Source: Leucoraja ocellata
Taxonomy: Eukaryota
NCBI GenBank assembly: GCA_036785375.1
Contig: JAWMAR010000086.1
Location: 7,378,001-7,442,000 of the forward strand
Direction: 5' to 3'
Length of the DNA stretch: 64,000 nucleotides
Positions 41,201 to 52,605 of this stretch are shown here, piece after piece (position 1 is the stretch's first letter; every line of letters begins with the position of its first letter). The notes beneath the pieces were generated by a model. It was not told the origin of the DNA, searched no databases, and was given only the letters and a program-made list of their open reading frames with translations. The position numbers and the translations under genes were made by a program.

Positions 41201-41427
41201 TGAATCCAGATGACAAGTCGCCATAAATTCCTTGCATCTTAATCTTTTGGGTCAACCTTCCGTGAGGGACTTTATCAAACCAAGAACTGAAAATGTTGAA
41301 TTTCATCTATCAGCCAAGTTGACTTCAAACTTTTGTTACAAGTACAAAATCTCTTCTTTTTTTTTCTGAACTACTTTATTCGGACCGAGTGCTGATTGAA
41401 TTAAAAAAAATGTATTTGAATTGTATT

Positions 41428-41490
41428 GGACAGGCAGCATCTCTGGAGAGAAGGAATGGGTAACGTTTCGGGTCGAGACCCTTCTTCAGT
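41428..41490 (-). ncRNA. Hammerhead-family repeat fragment with a complete minimal type I hammerhead-like core (41461-41489)
   Basis: The minus strand reads CUGAAGA-A-GGGUCUCGACCC-GAAAC-GUU-ACCC. The core boxes and a perfect helix II are present. Activity is untested. Confidence 0.6.
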
Positions 41491-41827
41491 GCGAAATCTT
41501 ATCAAAATATAGTATGATTTTTATCTTCTGTTTAAAGATTTAATCCAATCAAGTAATGGATCACTACCACTTCCCTACCTGTATTTGATTCAAATCACAC
41601 CAACACAACTGAAAATCAATCTGAGATTTGAGTTGAGTCTGGTTATCTTCTTAGTTTTAAATACATTGAAGATAAAATCACTTGAAAACGTATCTTTCAT
41701 CATGAAAATGGCAAACAAATACAATTTTTTCAAACTGACGTTTGTACAGGAAATTCTTCCAAGAAGTTGTCTATTAGGTATGTTTATGCTGAAATCGTAT
41801 TGAGTATTTGAAGGCCAGTTCTGTTAG

Positions 41828-42075
41828 GAAGGAGATGGAGGAATTTCTTTAGTCAGAGGGTGGTGAATATGTGGAATTCTTTGCCACAGAGGCTGGTGAG
41901 GCCAAGTCAGTGGATATATTTAAGGCAGATAAAGATAGATTCTTGATTTGTACGGTGTCAGAGGTTATTGGGAGAAGGCAGAAGAATGCGATAAGGAGGG
42001 AAATAGATCAGACATGATTGAATGGCAGCGTAGACTTGATGGGCCGAATGGCCTAATTCTGCTACGATCACATGA
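41828..42075 (+). mobile_element. CR1 LINE 3' end
   Basis: ggaggaatttctttagtcagagggtggtgaat...gatgggccgaatggcctaattctgct. Confidence 0.88.
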
Positions 42076-43009
42076 TCAGTTCTGAACATGACCTTTTTCC
42101 CTACTCAGGCAGTGAGATATTTTATCTCGCAACACTAGTTAATTTTTTTTCCCCCAAAGATGAATACCATTTACTGAATCAACATCGACCAAAGCCAATA
42201 ACTAAAATGGTATAATCCAAACTTGTCATGTATTCTGAATTCAACAAACTCATGTTGACAGATTGCCTAATTTCTATGTGAGATGACCAAATTATCTCTA
42301 AAAAACAGGTTTCAGGAACAGCTGCAAATAAACAAGCATTTGATAAGCACAGTTCATTAAATTTATCATATTAAAGCTGCTTTGTCATCCGCCCAAATCT
42401 CCATTCACCCACTCTACTGCTGTTCTGGTTCCCATATTATGAGAACCTTGTGGACACTGGAGAAGGTGCACCACTGATTTTTCATTGAGATGTTGGAAAA
42501 GGATCAACAAGCTGGACCTCTATTCTCTTTAAAACAAAATATGAGCAGTAGCTTCCTAGGTGCCTTTACAATTATTAATGTATTGATCTGTCACAAACAT
42601 ACTGAAAACTGTTCACACAAACCTCCAATATGATAATACTATGCACAAATGTCTCATCTCAGTCAGAAAAAGCTGTCCCTCACCCAGAGAAAGTGATTCC
42701 AAACTCCAGACAACTAGCCAGTATGTTGAGGCTCTTGTAGTATATAATCATGATAAAAATCAAATCATTAAGACAAGAAAATAGAAAATAGCCAGAATGG
42801 TCAAAGGAATCAGTAGAATTACAGTGGTCAATATAAATGGTCAAATTTTCTCAGCAGAATTTGAATCTCTGTTTAGACTTGCATATTTACTTGCAAAAAA
42901 ATTAAGTGATTAGTTACATTGTTTGGTATCTATACGTCAGTCCATCATAAGCAAAATAGAAATAGACTTTGGACTTTTAAAGTATTTCCTATGCCCTGGA
43001 AATTCCTGT

Positions 43010-43168
43010 TTAGGTTTATTATTGTCATATGTATCGAGGTACAGTGAAAATCTTTGTTTTGCATATTATCCAAAAAAAAAAAAAATCATACATACTATAC
43101 ATAGACACAATCAGTTCAAACTCCAGTACAATAAACAGAGCCTCGGGGAAGATACAAGATACAAGATA
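43010..43168 (-). mobile_element. Rex1/Babar 3' tail; host of the Tc1 insertion, continuing at 44496-44720
   Basis: Reverses to ttttcactgtacctcgatacatatgacaataataaa. The 44580-44710 segment reverses to the HPGHSSFL.P.GRR-like end of the RT. Confidence 0.7.
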
Positions 43169-44493
43169 TAATGTTTGGGACAAAGACCCATCATTTATTT
43201 ATTTGCCTCTGTACTCCACAATTTGTGATTGGTAATAGAAAAAAAAAAATCACATGTGGTTAAAGTGCACATTGTCAGATTTTAATAAAGGCCGTTTTTA
43301 TACATTTTGGTTTCACCGTGTAGAAATTACAGCAAAGTTGACACCTAGTCCCTGACATTTCAGGGAACCATAATATTTGGGACACTGCAATGTCAAGTAA
43401 ATTAAAGTAGTCTTGTTTAGTATTTTGTTGCATATCCTTTGCATGCAATGACTGTTTGAAGTCTGCGATTCGTGGACATCACCAGTTGCTGGGTGTCTTC
43501 TCTGGTGATGCTCTGCCAGGCCTGTATTACAGCCATCTTTAGCTTATGCTTGTTTTGGGGGCTAGTCTCTTTCAGTTTTGTCTTCAGCATATAAAAAGCA
43601 TGCTCAATTGGGTTCAGATCTGATGATTGACTTGGCCACTCAAGAATTTACCATTTTTAAGCTTTGAAAAACTCCTTTGTTGCTTTAGCAGTATGTTTGG
43701 GATCATTGTCTTGCTGTAGAATGAACCGCCGGTCAATGAGGCATTTGTTTGAACTTAAGCAGATAGGATGTGTCTATACACTTCAGAATTCATTATGCTA
43801 CTAACATCAGCAGTTGTATCATCAATGAAGATAAGTGAGCCAGTACCTTCAGCAGCCCACACATGCCCAGACCGTAACACCACCACCACTGTGTTTCACA
43901 AATGAGGTAGTATGCTTTGAATCTGGGCTGTTCCTTCTCTCCTCCATAATTTGTTCTTGCCATCGCTCTGATATACATTAATCTTTGGGTATTTTTGGGG
44001 ATTTCTCTTTATTATAGAGAGAATTCTTCTGTCATCAGCTGTGGAGGTCTTCCTTGGCCTGCCAGTCCCTTTGCGATTCGTAAGCTCACTTTCTTCTTGA
44101 TGTTCCAAACAGTTGATTTTGATAAGCCTAAGGTTTAGCTGATGTCTCCAACAGTTTTATTCTTGTTTCTCAGTTTCATAATGGTTTCGTTGACTTTCAT
44201 TGTCACAACTTTGGTCCTCGTGTTGATAATCAATAATGAATATTTCCAAATATGGAGGAAAGAATAGGTGCTGAGCCCTCTCTTATACCTGCCAAAGGAG
44301 GCATTTAAGCACACCTGAACAATTAGAAACACCTGTGAATCCATGTGTCCCAAACATCATGGTGCCCTGAAATGGGGGGACTATGAACACAGCTGAAATT
44401 TCGACATGGTGAAACCAAAATGTATAAAAATGGCCTTTAATAAAATCTGACAATGTGCACGATAACCACATGTGATTTTTATGGAGTGCACTG
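43169..44493 (-). mobile_element. Tc1-like (IR/DR type) DNA transposon, internally deleted
   Basis: Long TIRs at about 43169-43385 and 44345-44493 carry repeats of a cataatgtttgggaca-like motif. The right end is cactg|TA. The outermost bases of the left TIR are missing. Confidence 0.92.
43417..44230 (-). pseudogene. Tc1-family transposase pseudogene
   Basis: Frameshifted pieces: an HTH-like N-terminus, GTGRPRKTSTADDRRI, WPSQSSDLNPIEH, and C-terminal VIACKGYATKY*. Confidence 0.92.
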
Positions 44494-44750
44494 TAGTTTA
44501 CAGCATTGTAACGCATCATCTTTATATGAAGTCCAATGTCCTCAAAGGGTTAGAGGTGAATCAAACAGTACCATAGCTTATGGAGGACCATTCAGAAGCA
44601 TGAAAATGGAAGGAATGAAGCTGTTCCCGGGCCTTGTGGTGCATGGTGTCACCTTCTACCAAATGGGACCAGAAAGGAAGAGGAATGACCAGGGCGGGAC
44701 AAGGATTTGATTATGTAACCTGCAACTGTCATGGAATATTTTTTCCATTA

Positions 44751-44908
44751 ACATGGTGAAACCAAAATGTATAAACATGGCCTTTATTAAAATCTGCCAA
44801 TGTGTACATTAACCATGTCATATTTTCTATTACAAACCTCAAATTGTGGAGTACAGAGGTAAATAAATAAATGATGGGTCTTTGTCCCAAACATTATGGA
44901 GGATACTG
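44751..44908. mobile_element. Second, solo copy of the Tc1 right TIR
   Basis: acatggtgaaaccaaaatgtataaa...gatgggtctttgtcccaaacattatggaggatactg is the reverse complement of about 43169-43320 and a direct repeat of about 44405-44475. Confidence 0.88.
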
Positions 44909-45119
44909 TGAGTGGCATGATGCAGCTATATGCATGATAGTGTATGGGAGTCCTTTCCCACAGGAGGGTGGGAGATCCATTTTTTTAATGGGAGGCCTAC
45001 CATTCCCCTGCTTTGTTTCGATATATAAATATTAGCATAAATACATCCGAAATAATTAAATACCTCTGAAAAGCAACTACAGTGGCATTTATTTATTTAC
45101 AATGTTTAATTCTTTACAA

Positions 45120-45195
45120 TGTTTACCTATTCCTTCACTCCATGGATGCTGCCTCACCTGCTGAGTTTCTCCAGCATTTTTGTCTACCTTCTATT
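45120..45195 (+). repeat. Single arm of the hammerhead-family repeat
   Basis: cctattccttcactccatggatgctgcctcacctgctgagtttctccagcatttttgtctaccttc matches 12554-12620. Confidence 0.8.
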
Positions 45196-46299
45196 TCTTT
45201 ACAATTATCAATTGAAACTGCCTTAATTAACTGGTTAAGTACAGTATTCCAGACCATCAATAATCAAAGCTCATTGAATTTTAAACTCAAAATGTTCACA
45301 CTGAATACTGCTCTTATCCCAATAGTCACTTTAAGTCTCAGAAGCACAACCTCAGCATGTGTTACTCCATAAAGTTGAGTCTCAAAAGATCTGCAAATAC
45401 TTGTACATTTTTACTTCAGTTGTTCCCAGTATAAATAAATTATATATATTTTTATTTTTTTATTTTATCCTAGCCCTCAAATACCTGTGCTGCAATGTCC
45501 TGTTCAGTTGCAATGTAATGAATGAGCCTCACAGATTATACCTATACTCATTATCTTAATTGCTGAAACGTGAAAATGATTTCACCATCACATTTGAAGC
45601 TAAACAAATCAATTTGATTTCAACTTTAATCCATGAGCAAACAACTTCATCTGTAACATACTCGTCATTGAATTTTGTTTCCCAGGTGAATTCAATTAGA
45701 TTCACATTTTAATATCCACTGATCTTTCGGCAGTAAATATGGGAAATGATTAATTGAACATATTTATGTACCAATAAATGACCATTAATGACTTTATAAT
45801 TGCATGTGAAAGCAGAGAAGTTTAACATAACTGAAAACTAATTAATTATGTGCATTAATAAGTGCTTTGAAAATCAGTGAGCACTATGCATCAATTAATC
45901 AGATTAGGTAATGAATTTATAAAAGGCCCAACATTAAACAGTTATTAAGTGATCTATTTTAGCTAAACTTAATTGCTCAACTTTTATCAGGCAACAGCCA
46001 TGGCTATTTGGAATAATCAAAAATGTGCAATCTGTATTCAGATTCATACAGGGCCCTCGGATGATGGAAGATCTGACATTTCTAAATCCAACGTTCTGTG
46101 AATTATCCCACAATCTGCTCTCAGGCATAGTACTCAAATTCGTTCAACAGGAAACTGCAGATATCACCCATAAAAAAAATGCAAACTCTCCCTCAAGGTC
46201 CTCAAGACTGCAGAGCTGAGAAAAGGAACATGGGAGATTTAAAAAGCAGTTGTAAGGGCGTTGCTAGTTTCATGGTAAAAGGTGTTTGAGTAGATCGGC

Positions 46300-47790
46300 C
46301 ATTTTGAGAGTGGATAAGAATACAAGCCATGGTCAGTAGTTTGCAAATGACTATAAAACAAGTGGAATTATCGTTAGTGAAAGTGGTCATCAACAATTAC
46401 AACGGGATCTTGATCAGCTGGGTAAGTGAGGTAGGGAACAGCAAATGGCATTCAATTCAGATACGTGAAAGGTGAACAGTAGAGCCTCCCAGAGGGTGTT
46501 GGAAAAAAGACTGAAAAGTACAAGTATGTAGTTCCCCGATACCAACAACACAAGTAACATGTTTGGCATGATGGACGTCATCAGTCAGGGCACGGAGTAC
46601 ATGATTTGGGGGGGTTTGTTGCAGTTGCACAAGGTGTTGGTGAGGCTGCATTTGGAGTATTGTGATTACCCAGCTATGTGAAAGATGTTATTAGTGGGAA
46701 AGAGCAATGAAGATGTACCGGAATAAACAAAATGCTGGAGTAACTCAATGGGAGTATCCCTGGAGTATGTGGATAAGCAACTGTTCGAGTCAGTATCTTC
46801 TTCACACTTTTCAGTAGATGTGATATTTTCGGTACACTTCACATGGAGAAGTAAATAGAAAATAGAGAGCAGGAAAGCGGCCCTTTTCAGGTTGGCACAG
46901 TACAACATGTGGGACACAGCAGTGTGCACCGATTACTGATAGCTAATGTGGGTTTAACATGTAATTTGGGAATTAAGTTTGCCTTTATAGCTAAGAGATG
47001 TAAGCACAAGGGCTGAAGTCTTGCAACAATCATATAGAATCTTAGCTTGAGTATTATGCACAATTTTGGGCTGCTTACAGAAGAAATGTGTTCTTGCTAT
47101 AAGCGAGTATGGGTCACTCGAAATAAACATTCTCGGTGGCTGTGCTGCTGTGTGGGTGCAAACCTGCGTTTCGTCCGTTGTCGGGATCGGGTCTCCGGCG
47201 CTGCGGACGCTGTTGAATTACTGCTGAGATACCCCTGTCCCCTCCCGGGTGTCCCGTCCCTGTCTGGGGGCGGCCGGGGGGTGGCCCTGGGTTGGCGGGG
47301 GGCCGGCCCGTTGCGGTGGTGGCCCAGGCTTGCAGCTGGCGCGGAGCGGAGGCGCTGGCTCCGGCTCAGCTCTGCCTGACTCGCTGGGTTGACCGGCAGC
47401 CCTGGCCTGGTGGGGTGCCAGACAGAATTGAACAGTTCAGTGGCGGTTCGGCTGCGCTGGTGGCAAGGGTTCGCCTGGCTGCGGATGGGGCGATTGTCTG
47501 TGTGCATGCGGCGGCACGGTGTCCCAAGACAAATCCCATGATTCCTTGTGTTTTTCGGAATACCAAACTCGCTTATTGAGGGAGTGCAGCTAAAATTCAG
47601 CAGAATAGACTGGGGCCAGTCTGTCATACGGGGACTCAATGAGTCAGATAGGCCTCTACTATTTTGAGTTCAGAGCAATCAGGATATATCGAGATAGGGC
47701 AGGAAATCTGTGTTTAGCTAAAAGCTCTGCCAAGATCTTTTTCAATGGCAAAGTAGGCTTGATTGGTTGAAAGGCCAACTATTTATTTTG
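46300..47790 (+). mobile_element. Degenerate CR1 RT/3' fragments with nested insertions (hammerhead-family arm at about 46725-46810; TIR element at 47101-47574)
   Basis: caattacaacgggatcttgatcagctggg (QLQRDLDQLG), ggtgaggctgcatttggagtattgtg (VRLHLEYC) and gcta|ttgagggagtgcag (AIEGVQ). Confidence 0.7.
47101..47574. mobile_element. GC-rich non-autonomous TIR element with an apparent 2-bp AT target duplication (ISL2EU-like)
   Basis: Termini aagcgagtatgg / ccaaactcgctt are inverted at 11/12, extending imperfectly to about 28 bp. AT lies on both sides. Removing the element restores cttgctattgagggagtgcag in the CR1. Confidence 0.75.
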
Positions 47791-48275
47791 TTCTTTGGGG
47801 GAAAGAAAACTAATTAGAGGAAGATGATTTAGGTGTCCACTAATTACTTAACTACCTCCCAAGGACTACTCCTTTGTTGAACTATCAAATATCAATAGTT
47901 CTGGTAGATCTACTCGTATCCATTTCCAGTCAAAAGAATAATTTAGATATATAGTTTTATTTCATTTCTGAGATGAGACTATTTTTCTGAATACAAGTAA
48001 TAGGTCCATGAATTCAACAAGATCTGTGGACCTCTTCCTCAAAAACAATTTTCCTATTCATCTTACACTGTTGTTACATGGGAATATTAGCTGTAAAGAA
48101 CATGCAACAAAGCTGGAAGGGATGCACACAGGTAAAGTGCATGGGCAGAAAATATTTGCAGTTAGCCACACCTTATGGATTTTTTTTTTCAAATCAATGA
48201 AAAAGATGAGACACCAAAATATTGTTATTAGGATTGCTACGTGAGCCACGATACATGAATCTCCAAGGTGACATG

Positions 48276-48364
48276 GTCTGATGAAGAGTCTTGATCCGAA
48301 AGATCACCTATTCCTTTTCTTCAGATTCTGCCTGACTCGTGAGTTACACCAGCATTTTGCGTCT
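48276..48364 (+). mobile_element. 89-bp hammerhead-family insertion with a 17-bp target-site duplication
   Basis: atctccaaggtgacatg occurs at 48259-48275 and 48365-48381. The insert begins gtCTGATGAagagtcttgatccGAAAgatcacc. Confidence 0.88.
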
Positions 48365-49269
48365 ATCTCCAAGGTGACATGTTGCTTGACCATAAGCAAT
48401 TAAATCCATCATCCGCATCTTGCCCTTACCTTGCATATTAAAATTTACATCCATTTCCCATTGTACCTTCTATCAATTCAAAATACTGCTTTTTTTTTTA
48501 AAAATAAGGCTTAAACAATCAAAACGATATACAAAATGCAACTATTACATAGCACTAAGACCTAACGTAATATTCATCTCTTCCCAGCTCCTGATAGCAA
48601 ATTCTTCTAAGTATCACGATACTATGCAACTCCCCATCAATATTTACTAGATCTTTAAAAATACTCTGGTGCTTTCTACATTTGATTCCTTGAAAGACAC
48701 TTCCAATTAATTGTGGTCAAAGCAACATAAAATCATCACAGTAAAAAGGCAACACCAGACATCACTAATGAAAATGTCAATACACAGCGCTGGGAATTTA
48801 TCACTTTGCAGTAAAACCAAACATGAATGACACAATAATGAAAATACATTTATGGTAGTCATTAATTGATCAGACATGTAATAAATAAACATTCAGTCAT
48901 AGAAATACGATATTCAAATGTTGCAAGTCACACCATTTGAGAAACAACCAATAATCCTTTGAAAAACAATCCCAAACATATAAGCAAAGTGTTCAGGTAT
49001 CTTTGAATGGAAGGAACACATTCTGCTCTTTGATTTCATCCGTCATTGTTTGAGCAATACAAATGTAATGCAACTACCTAACTCCTTTCATAACCATGTG
49101 AATTGCATTATTTGTCCAATGCGTCTTGAGAAGTACAAATGGTTTCAACCTTAACCAGTCCTAGTGACAAATTACTTCATGCTTCCATGATGCTCTAAAG
49201 AAATGTGTCCAATCTTCTTGCTGCACTACATTTTAAATTCACAATTGTTATCATATTTTTAAATCAGAA

Positions 49270-49760
49270 ATTACTGTATCAAAGAATAAACCAAAAGGAT
49301 CTTGCTGCCCTGCCTGCCTGCTCCATAATAATTCACCCCCAACTTTCTGCACTAATCACATATCTCCTTATTAAATCAATGTCAAAAAAAATCTATTTAT
49401 CCATCTTAAAAACACTAAGCTTCTGCTTAGTGAGAGAACATTAGAGATTTGCTGCATTTTGGATGAAGAAATCATCTGTCCGGAAAGGCAGAACTTTTAT
49501 TTTGACACCATGACACCATTTCTAGACACCCTAGCCAGGAAAGCATTAATATATCAAACCTTCCAGAAAATTGCTCATTTAATGAGATCAGAACCCATTA
49601 ATTTAAACCCATGAGAATATCGGCCCAGTCTGCTTAATTTACAAAAAAAACAATAACAGTCTGATCAATCTTTGCTGTAATTCCTCTCTTCCAAATATAT
49701 CCTTTCCTTGGTTTGGTGGCTAGGCCAGCACGCAATATTCCAGATACGGTCTCACTATGT
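49270..49760 (-). mobile_element. Very degenerate CR1 3' region
   Basis: atctatttatccatcttaaaa...atttaatgagatca...atatcctttcctt...caatattccagatacggtctcac follows the reverse CR1 layout. Confidence 0.5.
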
Positions 49761-49993
49761 CAGCAGAAATTAATTTCTCCCACTTCAGCCTTCAAGTCAT
49801 CATCAGTCCAATGTCATTTACCCCATGCTAATTTGAAAATGACTCCAGCAGTATATGAGAAATTACCACTTTTGCTCTTTGTCACAGCCTTTTATAACAT
49901 TAAAAAAATGTATGACATGTTTAGTTTAGTTTCAAGATGCAGCATGGGAACTGGGATGCGATGTGATTGGTGAATCAGGGAACACAGTGTTAA

Positions 49994-50123
49994 ACAGTGT
50001 GTAGAAAAGAACCGCAGATGCTGGTTTACACCGAACATACAAGGAATGGGAAGAGTCACCCATTCCTTCTATCCAGAGATGCTGCCTGTCCCGCTGAGTT
50101 ATTCCAGCATTTTGTGTCTATCT
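49994..50123. mobile_element. Internally deleted fold-back hammerhead-family element with a target duplication
   Basis: acagtgttaa at 49984-49993 and 50124-50133. Contains the aaggaatggg..cccattcctt hairpin. The ribozyme core is deleted. Confidence 0.82.
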
Positions 50124-51172
50124 ACAGTGTTAAGCAGGCCGTCTTGGTTGTACCTCCATTTTGATCGGGAACTAAACCCATTTCAATCAGACAGGCTGAC
50201 AGTTTCACTGCAGGTGGTGAAAAAGTTACTTTGGAAGTTGATGAGCAGAAAAAGCTGTCTTGGGAAAGAGATTCTGTTCCCCCCCCCCCACCTGCCAGCA
50301 TTGAGGGATAGACTTGGCTATCCTTCTTAGCTAACAACCCAAGCTTCGGCCTCCAAGACACAGGTAAATTTTCGTGCCTTATTTTTGGGGAAAAAATAGC
50401 ATCTTCATTGCCGGGAAATACGGTAATTAGTTTCATTGATACTTGTGCAATCTTACTATTAAGCAATGCAAGATGCAACTTTTACTATTTGTAGCTTGCA
50501 ATAGTAAAAACTATTTAAAACCCCTCAATTTTTGAAATTCCTGTAGGTAACATAATTTTGTTATTGAGTCTGACATTCTCTCACGCCAAACCCCATTTTC
50601 CCCATTGACACAATTGTTTTTATAACCCAATCTTCGATAACAAGATGTTTCTTAGAAATGCAACTGTTGTGTTATAGCTGAACCACCATTTAACATTTTC
50701 AAAGTTCATATTTATTTAGATTCATAACACAAATGCTTTCAGTGCACACAGTAGGCAGAGATGCATAACTGCACACAGCTAAATAGCGAAGAGCATCTAT
50801 AAACATATAGTGCAACTTTCTGAAGAATTAAATCAGTGAATTTAATGCAGACAGATTTTCTTCTGCAGCCTTTACACTTCCAACAAAAATTGCCTTTGAA
50901 GTTGATTCTAATGCTTTTGTAAAATATAAAGAAATTCTCATGCTCAAGTAAATCTCCTTAAATGATACACAACACTGGTCTTACAAAGGGCACAATGCTC
51001 CAAGTTGATTGAGGATGGCACTTCATTTCCAAAAGGCCACCAAGCTGTCGTGGTGAGTAATCAACTTTACACCAGTCATTACATTTGTAGAAGCGTTTTT
51101 TTTTTCTAAACCTAGCAATATTAACACATTGCTATTCCATTCAGCACAAATTCAAGACTGAATTAGACTTAC

Positions 51173-51248
51173 CATCGATCCGGCTTACAAGCTCCTGTAA
51201 TGCTTTCACTTTCCTCTGAATCCCTGGCTGTGCAAATGTGTAGTTATC
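51173..51248 (-). CDS. TBC1D22A: TBC1D22 coding exon, 76 nt: DNYTFAQPGIQRKVKALQELVSRID+G
   Basis: Within ORF 51141..51326(-). Acceptor ttttcaAG, donor G|GTaagt. The terminal G joins AG of the next exon to give GAG (E). Confidence 0.95.
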
Positions 51249-51423
51249 CTTGAAAACAAAACGTTTTGTGATGAGACACACAATTACTTGTATTATAAGC
51301 CTACAGAGAAACAGGTTTTCAAACATTCAACAAAAATTTGCATTTCTATAGCTTCCCCGACAAGATCAATACAAGGCACTTGCCAAGAAAGGAAACGCAC
51401 TCTTCAGGAAATGAGAAAACTAA

Positions 51424-51641
51424 AGGGCCTGTCCCACTTGGCGATTTTTTCGGCGACTGCCGGCATCATTGACTGACATATCAGGTCACTGAAAAATTGG
51501 TGGCGTGATGATGTATGACTCGCCGTTTTCTCAAGCGCCGCAACATTTTTTTTGTCGCTGCTGGAGTTTGAAATGTTCAAAATCTTTTGGCGACACTGAT
51601 ATGTCGCCGAAAAAAAAAGATCGCCAAGTGGGACAGGCCCT
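51424..51641. mobile_element. PIF/Harbinger MITE, 218 bp
   Basis: TIRs agggcctgtcccacttggcgat / atcgccaagtgggacaggccct (22 bp perfect), with TAA duplicated at 51421-51423 and 51642-51644. Confidence 0.93.
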
Positions 51642-52605
51642 TAAAAGGTCATGGTTTCTAAAAATGGTATAACAATAAAGAAGTCGGAATCAATATTTTT
51701 GAATTACACAAATCCCTTCTGTCTTTGCAGAGGTGAATGAATGGTTGTTATGGGGTCATTAAGGTTCGTCGGAAGGATGCTCAGCAGGAGTGCTAGATTA
51801 ATGCTTTTTCCAAATGTTTCAAAAGAATTTGTGCAAGAACTAAAGCTAATTTGGAGCCAATGCATCCCTGCTTCAGCTGTTAGCATCTGCAACTACATGA
51901 AACTGATATTTGATATCAATACAATTAAAACTGGCATTTTAGGAAGTTACATGTACTGCTAATATGTGACACAAAGATTACATGTTAAAAATTTAGAATA
52001 GATAAATGTGAAAGTTTTGACGTCGTAGATCAAAGTATGTAATGCTGCATAATTTTAATTCTTTATTGTATCACATTGAGAACTCACCTGCAATTTTAAA
52101 GGCCACCTCTACAGAATATATTACCAATGGAGTTAATATTGATGATTACGTATTTACAAAATTGAAGCGGATTTATTTCTCACAACCGAACACCTGTTAT
52201 TTGATTAACCTACTCCATCGATCTTGTGATATAACATAGAAAAAATGTAATTCAATGTTGCGTCATCCAAATATTAGACAAGATTTAGAAAAGCACAACC
52301 ATTTAACAGCTCAAAACTGCTGATTAACAGCAGTAACTTGGATTTGTAAAAACCCATTTAACACAGTTAACTATCCCAAGCCATTAATAGGAAGATTTTA
52401 AGATTTGACAGCAAGCTGTATGAAGAAGTCCCCAAAATAAAGGGATCTATGGCAACACAGATGGAACATTGGCTAAGTAACAGGTAGACCAGTCAGAAAA
52501 GGGCCAATTTCAATGGGAGAACAGATCTTGTATGAGTAAATTAGAATCAAAGCTTGGCAATAAGGAGATGCCATTTTAAGGTAAAAATGTTTCAGCCACA
52601 GAATG

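Noticed and set aside
47047-47639. 180-aa and overlapping ORFs
   Set aside because: They span a GC-rich TIR insert and its CR1 flanks, with no transposase or other motif.
50335-50425. Possible Tc2/pogo-type MITE ending ccgggaaatacgg|TA
   Set aside because: Only one convincing terminus; the left end is too degenerate to support a call.
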